Assembly: GCA_051382335.1 (NCBI GenBank)
Contig: JBBCAX010000054.1
Span: 1 to 35,763 of the forward strand
DNA length: 35,763 nucleotides
Origin: Deltaproteobacteria bacterium TL4
Lineage (GTDB): Bacteria; SAR324; NAC60-12
Direction: 5' to 3'
The position numbers and the translations under genes are program-made. Of this stretch, positions 27,710 through 35,763 are shown piece after piece. The notes below the pieces were generated by a model that made no database searches, was not told the DNA's origin, and saw only the letters and a program-made list of their open reading frames with translations. Every line of letters begins with the position of its first letter. Within the stretch, counting starts at the first letter, position 1.

Positions 27710-29938
27710 GTGGCTAAGAAAAAAATCGAGTGGGAAGCAGAGTTTATAAGTGATCCTCAACATTGGAATGAAGCCATCCAGGAACTGGAGAGCCAGGCCA
27801 AGGTGGAACTTTGTTTACCGGAAGATCTGTTGGCGCATTATCGAGACGAGCTTAGAAAACGGTTCTCGGCTTTAAATCTGCATGTTTCACTTGAAAAGTT
27901 AGACAACAGCGCTACTCAAGAAAGTGAGACCGCAGTCTCAAAATTCAAGACAACCTTGAGCAAAGATGCCGTCAGTTCTACCTCAACGTCAAAGTATGAT
28001 TATCAATTGTCTTTTGACTACCTTCACCTCAAGAATATTCCCTCGCTGGCCTCCTTGAAAGGCGCGGCACAGGTAAAACTTCCCTTTAGTGCCAAAGGCT
28101 TACCCGCAAAGAAATCATGGAGTCCTCTTCAACGTCAAAAAATGGAACTGACCCGCATCGAAAAACGCAGTAATGAGTTATCTAAGGCCGTTCTCTTACG
28201 AGAACGGAATGTGGAATTTGTGCGTATGGCCTACATGCATGCGATGATTCGTCAACTGAATCAATCCCTCAGTAAAGAACAGAAAATACTCAGAGGGATT
28301 GAAGACGAGATTTCCCATCTGGCTCAGCCCTATTATGAAGTTTTAAGTTTTGTTTTGTTGGGTTGTGTTGAAAAAGTGACCGGGGTGATTAGTCTTGAGG
28401 GCATCATGAAACGCCTGATCAAAGTCATTGTGATTGACGACTTGGGCGAATTAACACTCAAAGGCATGGCGGAGAAGGGCTTTAGCCGGAAGTATTTGGC
28501 CTCCATGTCCATGAGCAAAGTGAAGGATGCCTACAATCTTTTTCTCGCGGCCAATATTGATCATAAAGACTTGGAAAAATTAACCTTAAAACATTTCATC
28601 AATCAATCGGATCTCTTTGACAAGTATGATATTATCGTTGTCAATCTCTGGCACCTTCAGAAGGAAACACTTCCCATTTGGATCCGCCTGAGGCTCAAAA
28701 CCATTCTTGGCCGCAAAGAGCAATTAAAAGATCAAAAAGACCCCGAAAAAATAATACAGGAAACGGAAGCCATTGAAAGTAAATGTGAAGACCTCAAACT
28801 CAAGTTAGAAGAAGTCAAACATCAGCTTTCAGTAATGGAGACCGGTAAAGTTCCAGCAAAGGAAAGTGAATATCGAGCTTTGGAAAGTAAACGTAAGCGT
28901 TTGCTTAACAGCTTGAAACGGGAAATGGACCGGTTAAAAAAAGCACAACCTTTGGCGAATGTCGATGATCGGCATGTCTGGTACACCAAAGATTTGTTGA
29001 GTACCTTAAAAGACAATCAAACGTTCAAAGAACGTTTAGGCGATACTTTCGCCAAATTGCAATGGCGGAGTATGAAAAGTTTGTTTTCTTCGGAGAGGCA
29101 TTTAACTGTGCATGAACTTCAAAAGGTTGTGAAATTATCCAGGGAAAAAGCGCATATTGAGGAAATCCTGGAAAAGCTTCAGAAGAGTAAAGATCAGTTA
29201 GTTACAGCAGCAAATGGAATCGCCGAAAAACATGGCTGGAGTCAGGATTTGGCTTACGAATCCTGTTTTGACACCTACCTTCTGGACCTGTTGGAACGAG
29301 ATGTGCTGGTTTGTTGCATTGCTCATTTGAATAGCCAAACTCATCTGTATCAGGGGGGATATTTTCAGACTCAGAAGGAAGCAGGTGTCCCTTGGAGTGA
29401 TGACCGCTTGTCTCAAATTTCAGTTTATATTGCGTCAAAGAAGGATTTTGTCTCAACGGCGGTTTTAAGACAGGTTTTTAAAATTCCAGAGGCTAAGAAA
29501 GCGAAACCTGAACAAAAACCGGATCAGACCAACAAAGCCAATCCCCCTGAAAAAGAAGAAGAAAGCCGGCTGGTCATCAAACCGGTGCTTCCACAAAGAG
29601 AGGATTTTCTTTCCAATAAAATTCAGTTGCTGCTCATTGATCTACAAGCCTTCTCGGTGCAGGATATAGGTATTTGTCTTACACAAAAAAAACTGCTGAA
29701 GGACCTCAACATTTCTGTGATTTTATTCGATTCGCCTGGGATGGACTATACCCGAAGTGAAATATTGATGCTTAACCTGTTGGTTGGTGTCAAATCCGAA
29801 GAGGAGCTCATCACCCCTGTTTCCCCTCCTTATCATATCCAATCGTTAGGAGACGAAAACGCAATGCGGACCCTCCTTGATTCAGTCATGGGAATTCCCC
29901 GACCTGCCTCAGAATCCCAACCTCATGCAGCGGCTTGA
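27710..29938 (+). CDS. Large hypothetical protein with coiled-coil segments
   Basis: 742-aa ORF with AAGGA RBS and GTG start. K/E/L-rich heptads. No recognisable catalytic motif. Confidence 0.8.
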   Translation: MAKKKIEWEAEFISDPQHWNEAIQELESQAKVELCLPEDLLAHYRDELRKRFSALNLHVSLEKLDNSATQESETAVSKFKTTLSKDAVSSTSTSKYDYQLSFDYLHLKNIPSLASLKGAAQVKLPFSAKGLPAKKSWSPLQRQKMELTRIEKRSNELSKAVLLRERNVEFVRMAYMHAMIRQLNQSLSKEQKILRGIEDEISHLAQPYYEVLSFVLLGCVEKVTGVISLEGIMKRLIKVIVIDDLGELTLKGMAEKGFSRKYLASMSMSKVKDAYNLFLAANIDHKDLEKLTLKHFINQSDLFDKYDIIVVNLWHLQKETLPIWIRLRLKTILGRKEQLKDQKDPEKIIQETEAIESKCEDLKLKLEEVKHQLSVMETGKVPAKESEYRALESKRKRLLNSLKREMDRLKKAQPLANVDDRHVWYTKDLLSTLKDNQTFKERLGDTFAKLQWRSMKSLFSSERHLTVHELQKVVKLSREKAHIEEILEKLQKSKDQLVTAANGIAEKHGWSQDLAYESCFDTYLLDLLERDVLVCCIAHLNSQTHLYQGGYFQTQKEAGVPWSDDRLSQISVYIASKKDFVSTAVLRQVFKIPEAKKAKPEQKPDQTNKANPPEKEEESRLVIKPVLPQREDFLSNKIQLLLIDLQAFSVQDIGICLTQKKLLKDLNISVILFDSPGMDYTRSEILMLNLLVGVKSEEELITPVSPPYHIQSLGDENAMRTLLDSVMGIPRPASESQPHAAA

Positions 29939-30011
29939 GGTGCTTGGCGTGTTTGAAGATCGTCACAGGGAATGGAAAATTTGGTATGGTTCAAATCAGG
30001 GTAACATCTTT

Positions 30012-30044
30012 TCCTCGTTTCCACGTAAAGCGTGGGAACGAGGA
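30012..30044. terminator. REP-like hairpin / possible terminator
   Basis: TCCTCGTTTCCACG-TAAAG-CGTGGGAACGAGGA, 74 bp after the stop codon. Confidence 0.5.
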
Positions 30045-30356
30045 TGAGTCGTTCTGTTCCCTGATAATGGACATCTCTTTCCTTGAGCACTATACTTAAT
30101 AAGTGAACAGGTCTTAAAAAAAGACGCAAGGAAGAAAAAGAAAAACCGTTTGGAGGCTCAGCAAGGGACAGCGTCCAAAAATCAACTGTTCCGAAAAATT
30201 AAAATCTGAAGCAGGCCGCAATCGCTTGACATAGCGTTTTTGTCATGTTAGTGAAAAACTCAACAGGGGGCGCGTCCAACCGATGGGGGAGTGTCTTGAG
30301 ATACCTAAGGGGGTTTTCTAATTTAGCCTATAGAGTTTGAGAAATTTAACGAAACA

Positions 30357-30404
30357 GTAGAAAAGGCGTCTCGCCTCTTTCAAGGAGCGGGATGCTCCTT
30401 CTAC
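30357..30404. repeat. GTAG-type REP doublet
   Basis: GTAGAAAAGGCGTCTCGCCT...AGCGGGATGCTCCTTCTAC; same family as 31091-31235. Confidence 0.65.
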
Positions 30405-30580
30405 CGCGAATTTGTTTGAAGCTCAATCTTGTCCGACTCTCCCAATTGGCGGCTACGCCCGTTCAGTACAGTCTTTTTTGACTTCTCAGCCTGTTAGAAA
30501 ATTGTTTGATGGAGTTCTCACCTTTTTTTCAAAGGAGCTTTAAAATGTTTGATTTTCTTTTGGGCTGCTGGCACGTTTTC

Positions 30581-30725
30581 CGCACCGCACCGCACCGCAC
30601 CGCACCGCACCGCACCGCACCGCACCGCACCGCACCGCACCGCACCGCACCGCACCGCACCGCACCGCACCGCACCGCACCGCACCGCACCGCACCATAC
30701 CGCACCATACCGCACCGCACCGCAC
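30581..30725. repeat. Pentanucleotide microsatellite (CGCAC)x29
   Basis: 23 perfect units, then 6 further units of which two are CATAC variants. Confidence 0.97.
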
Positions 30726-31090
30726 TATTTTATCATTCTGACAAATCATTTTTGACCTTTGCTTCAAGCCTCTCTTTTATTTTAAGAAAAATTTCCGTTC
30801 CGCTCTATTTCGTCGTTTTTCTGCTGCTGTTCGCGTCTCCTGCCAGAGCCGGTCCGCGGAGTTGGTCATATTTTCGGCCACAAATTGTAGGGGCGAACCT
30901 GTGTGTTCGCCCTGATCCCGGGCAGACATGCTTTCATAAAAATTCACTATTAACTAGTGGTGCTAGTTTGATATTTTGTCACAATATTGCAAACAGTTGA
31001 AATTAAAGGATAAAAAATGGTAGGGCGGGACTACGTGCCCGCCAAAAACGCGCAAAATAAGGGTATTTTATATCCTCTCTATATTTCCTG

Positions 31091-31235
31091 GTAGCAAGGG
31101 CGTCTCGCCACCATTTGGATAGTAGCAAGGGCGTCTCGCCCTTGTTGGAGAGCGGGACGTTCTCCCTACCATTTGGGTAGTAGCAAGGGCGTCTCGCCCT
31201 TGTTGGAGAGCGGGACGCTCTCCCTACCATTTGGG
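31091..31235. repeat. Tandem REPIN array (58-bp unit x2 plus one internally deleted copy)
   Basis: GTAGCAAGGGCGTCTCGCC at 31091, 31122 and 31180. Full units end in GGGACG(T/C)TCTCCCTACCATTTGG. Confidence 0.85.
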
Positions 31236-31260
31236 ACAAAAATTTTTTGAAATTTACCAG

Positions 31261-31365
31261 TATAGTGTTCAAAATAAGTTTTGTCCTGGGAGCGCGGGCG
31301 TCCCGCCCGCTTTTGCGGGCAAGATGCCCGCGCTTCCAGGGAAAAAACTTTCCTGGACAGCTATA
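31261..31365. mobile_element. TATAG-ended MITE with GC-rich REP doublet (inverted homologue of 16098-16202)
   Basis: TATAGTGTTCAAAATAAGTTT / AAACTTTCCTGGACAGCTATA around CTGGGAGCGCGGGCGTCCCGCCCGC-TTTT-GCGGGCAAGATGCCCGCGCTTCCAG. Confidence 0.85.
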
Positions 31366-31399
31366 AATTTGAAGAGGATATGGTCTTTCCCTGTTTTTT

Positions 31400-31524
31400 C
31401 GGGGTTGCCTCTAAGTTCGGACATTTTGACGGTAGCCCTGGGTTTCGTCCCAGGGGATACTGCGCACATTGTTCCTCGGGGCGAAACCCGAGGCTACCCC
31501 TGGCCGAAGTTAGACCCAACCCCG
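31400..31524. mobile_element. GGGG-ended MITE carrying a REPIN
   Basis: CGGGGTTGCCTCTAAGTTCGGACA / TGGCCGAAGTTAGACCCAACCCCG with T6 on both flanks. Cargo GGTAGCCCTGGGTTTCGTCCCAGG...CCTCGGGGCGAAACCCGAGGCTACC. Confidence 0.7.
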
Positions 31525-32107
31525 TTTTTTCCGGGACACGTAGTCCCTGGCTACCATTTTCCTGTTTTTTCCGGGGCACGTAGTCCCCGGCTACCATTTT
31601 ACTATTTAATTTCAATAGGTTTACATTTAAACCAACCTAGCGCCATGGGTTATTATTTAATACTAACAATAAACACCAAGGAGATACTATGAAACTACAC
31701 AAACTCTGGCTCTTGAGCCTTCTGATCTTTACCGCTTTGTCACTAGGTTGTGATACCGATTCCGATAGTAATGAAGGTGGAGGTGAACCTGCACCGCTCG
31801 TCATCGCCAAAGGCGTTTTGACCACCCAGAAAACGGTGGACCCCAGCGCAAAATGTCCCAGCGGGGGTGTGGAAATCTATTCAGGGATTGATGAAGACAA
31901 CAACGGAACCCTGGATGCCGCCGAAATTGATGTGACCGATGTTGTTTGTCATGGCGACAAATCCCTCACCAGCGTCACAGACGAACCCGCTGGAACTAAC
32001 TGCGCTGCCGGCGGTAAGAAAATCAGTGTAGGACTGGATAACGGAGAGGGCGGAGGCACTGCCGGCAATGGCCTCCTCGAAGGCGGGGAAACGGATAGCA
32101 GCACTTA

Positions 32108-32440
<333 letters not shown>

Positions 32441-34730
32441 CTACAACACGCTGATCACAATCACCACTGAAACTCCAGGCAACAACTGTACTTCAGGAGG
32501 TAAAAAGATTGAATCTGGTCTCGACAATGGAGATGGTGGTGGCATTGCCAGCAATGGAACGCTGGAAAGCGGAGAAGTGGATTATCCCACCTATATCTGC
32601 AATGGAACCGACACCACTCCCCCACAAGTCTCCAGCACCAGCCCTGTGGATGGCTTGCAGACAGCTTCTGCGATTAGCAGTATTTCGGTCACGTTTAATG
32701 AAGCCATGAATTCTTCTACGATCACCACCAATACCTCAGGGACGACTTGTTCAGAAAGTATTCAGATCTCCTCTGACAGTTTCTCAACTTGTGTTCAAAT
32801 GAGCGCATCCCCTGTCGCCAGCAACAGGGACAAAACCTTTACAGTCACACCCACTTCTGCTCTGAGTGACAACACCACTTACAAAATCAAAGTGACAACA
32901 ACAGCAACTGATTACACAGGGAATGCCCTCTCCAGCGTATACACCCATGCCACTGGCTTTTTCAGAGATACCCTGGCTCCCTCCATTTCCAGTACCAGTC
33001 CTGCTAACGGTGCCATTAGATTTGGACGTAGTTCCAGCCTTTCTGTTACGTTCAATGAGTCGATAGACACCTCCACAATCACCACCAATACATCTGATAC
33101 AACCTGTTCCGGAAGTATTCAACTATCCTCCGATAGTAATTTCACCTCCTGTTTACAGATGAGCGCGGCTCCCGTAGCCAGCAATAGCAATAAAACCTTT
33201 ACCGTGTCTCCTTCATCCCTTCTGAATGTAGGGACTTCTTACAAACTCAGAATCACCACCGCAGTCAAAGACACTGTTGCTTTAGCGCTAGCATCGGCTT
33301 CAACCAATGCCTTTATATCAAAAACCAGTATCTCGGCAGGTACTACTCATGCCTGTGGAGTGAGCGGGTCAGGAACGGTTAAATGCTGGGGAAACAACAC
33401 CTACGGACAGTTGGGGAATGGAACCACCACCGATTCTTCCTCTCCCGTTTTGGTCAGCGGGATTTCAACAGCAATTATGGTGGATACCAGTTCTGGTTCT
33501 AGTCACAGTTGTGCGGTACTCAGCAATGGAACCGTTAAATGTTGGGGAAAAAACACCATCGGACTGTTGGGGAATGGGACCACACCGATTCTTCCTCTCC
33601 TGTTTCCGTCAATAATATTTTAACAGCAACAGAGGTATCAGTGAGTTCTAGCTCAAGTTGCGCATTGCTTAGTGATGGTTCTGTGAACTGCTGGGGGTCT
33701 AACTATTCTGGCCAACTGGGTAATGGAAACACAACTAATAATGCCAATCCTGTGTCTGTTTTAGAAATTACTTCAGCAACGGCTATAGCTGTTGGATCCA
33801 GCCATGCCTGTGCGGTTCTGAGTAATGGTACCGTAAAGTGCTGGGGGTCTAACTATTCTGGCCAATTGGGTAACTCGGACCCATTGGGATACATGTCCGC
33901 AACATCCATTCCTGTTTTGGTCACAGGAATTTCAACTGCAACCTCTGTGACTGCTGGTTCCTCTCACAGTTGCGCATTGCTTGGAAGTGGAGCGCTCAGA
34001 TGTTGGGGCGATAATTCTCAAGGCCAATTGGGTAATGGAACGACGACTTCTTCGTCCTCTCCAGTCGCTGTCAGCGGAATCGACAATGCTATTGCGATTC
34101 AAGGAAATGAGTCAAGTAGCTGTGCTCTTCTTAGTGACAGTTCTCTCAAATGCTGGGGAGATAATGACGATGGGCAATTGGGCAATGGCAGTTATGTTTC
34201 CTCAAACACTCCCGTTGCAGTCAGTGGAGTCTCTACTGCAGTGGATATCACGATAGGTGGTAGGTCCAGTTGTACATATCTTAGCGGAGGAAGCCTCCAA
34301 TGTTGGGGAGATAACCTCTATGGACAATTGGGTATAGGCAATGCAGGCAAATCTTCTGTTCCGGTCAGTGTCAGTGGGATCACCACGGCGACCATTGCTT
34401 CGTCAGGTCATTATCATAACTGTGCTCTCACGGGAGGCTCCATCCAATGCTGGGGATATAATGACTTTGGGCAATTGGGGAACGGAACCACCGTTCGGTC
34501 TGCTACCCCTGTTCCAGTGAGTGGGATTACTAATGCCACAGCCTTATCGAGTGGTCCCTCTCATAATTGTGCCCTGTTGAGTGATGGAACTGTTCAATGT
34601 TGGGGATATAATAACTTTGGTCAACTGGGTAATAACACCACCACCAATTCTTCCGTTCCCGAGGCCGTCAGTGGGCTTGCAGGAGTAACGGCTATAGCTG
34701 CGGGAGGAAATTTCTATTGGTATACGGGTA

Positions 34731-34924
34731 CTCGACTTTGAACAATTTGCTCAATATTACTCCTGAATAAAATCAGAGACTTATAAAGTCGTATTAGAAT
34801 TAATGATAGGTTTGGCCTGAAAAACGGGAAATAATAACCTTGCATTAATTCATTCATAAAATAAAACCACTGATATTATTGAATAATTAAAACTAAAACC
34901 ATGAATCAAATGTTCAAAGTCCAG
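34731..34924. mobile_element. 194-bp AT-rich MITE inserted in the RCC1-repeat coding region
   Basis: TIR CTCGACTTTGAACA / TGTTCAAAGTCCAG. 7-bp direct repeat ACGGGTA at 34724-34730 and 34925-34931. Removal restores the reading frame. Confidence 0.93.
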
Positions 34925-35636
34925 ACGGGTAGGAACATCGTTTCACATAGTTGTGCGGTTTTGAGTGGTGGTTCCGTGAAGTGCTGGGGAGATAACTCTT
35001 ATGGCCAACTGGGAAATAACAGCACTATGTCTTCCTCAACCCCGGTTGCTGTCAGCGGAATTAGCACCGCTACATCAATTTCTGTAGGAAGCGTCCATAG
35101 TTGTGCTCGCTTGAGCGATGGAACCGTTCAATGCTGGGGGAATAATTACGATGGTCAACTGGGAATAACGCCTGGTAACGATTCGTCTACTCCAGTTTCT
35201 GTTAGTGGTGCAATTTCCACGGCTATAGAGGTTGTTACCGGTGGCTTCTACAGACCGTCGTCCTATTCCCCTGAGGGTAGTAGTTATAGTTGCTCGGTTC
35301 TCAGTTCAGGGCAGGTTCAATGCTGGGGAGCTAACTCTTATGGCCAACTGGGGAATAACAGCACTACGTCTTCCTCAACCCCGGTTTCTGTCAGCGGACT
35401 TTCATCCACTGCCACCAACATCGCAATTTCAGCAGAACATAATAGAGGTGTCAGCACTTGTGCTCGTTTGAGCGATGGAACCATTCAATGCTGGGGTACA
35501 AACACTGATGGACAATTGGGCAATGGGACGACAACCGCTTCGTTAACGCCGGTCTCTGTCAATGGAATAACAACTGCCTCCAGGGTGATCGCTGGAGGGA
35601 CACACGCTTGTGCTGTTCTGAGTGGAGGAGGCATCC

Positions 35637-35763
35637 CACGGCTTTCTCATAAAAAAAAGATTGTGTTTCAGAAGGATAGAAAGTTATCATAGGACTTCAA
35701 CCCCAACCCTAAAGGAGTCTTATGACAGAAGAATCTCAATCTCCAGAAAAGGCATTAAAATTA
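35637..35763 (+). mobile_element. Probable IS left end with the start of a new ORF (ATG 35722), running off the window
   Basis: The RCC1 repeat stops abruptly at LSGGGI where xCWG is expected. It is followed by CACGGCTTTCTCAT, AT-rich DNA, an AAGGAG RBS and MTEESQSPEKALKL. Confidence 0.55.

Noticed and set aside
30506..31000. ORFs encoding RTAPH / CGAVR repeats
   Set aside because: They are by-products of the stop-free (CGCAC)n tract, open in several frames on both strands, with no RBS.
31091..31235. Possible CRISPR array
   Set aside because: The sequences between repeats are near-identical rather than unique spacers, the units are GTAG/CTAC REP doublets, and no cas genes are present.
31003..31692. 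Several 60-150 aa ORFs upstream of the lipoprotein gene
   Set aside because: They are translations of REP/MITE palindromes; the same peptide (PAKAGGTPALP) appears at the 16.1-kb copy.

Overview
Bacterial chromosomal window, AT-rich overall. The gene content suggests a deltaproteobacteria-like organism, possibly SAR324-like; this is inference only. The housekeeping backbone is creA, an isolated pheS, yebC, a CxxCxxCC protein, an LpxH-like phosphoesterase, a REC-GHKL regulator/proC/purA run, and a three-gene GltD-like/PFOR(nifJ)/DHOD-like operon. An accessory block at about 11.7-17.5 kb carries a FliG-C fusion, a degenerate Hsp70-like ORF, an Extensin-like gene with two in-frame TAG codons, a lipoprotein and a PEGA-FGE/CLec gene. 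The 3' end of that last gene has the codon signature of a diversity-generating retroelement (DGR) variable region, but no template repeat or reverse transcriptase is in the window. The right end holds a giant collagen/Ig/RCC1 surface lipoprotein gene broken by a frameshift, a MITE and a probable IS. Intergenic DNA is packed with small mobile elements. Several unrelated terminal-inverted-repeat pairs each enclose a REP/REPIN hairpin, and one such composite occurs twice as a unit. Two orphan Rpn-family C-terminal tails and a (CGCAC)29 tract are also present. No rRNA, tRNA or CRISPR array was found.
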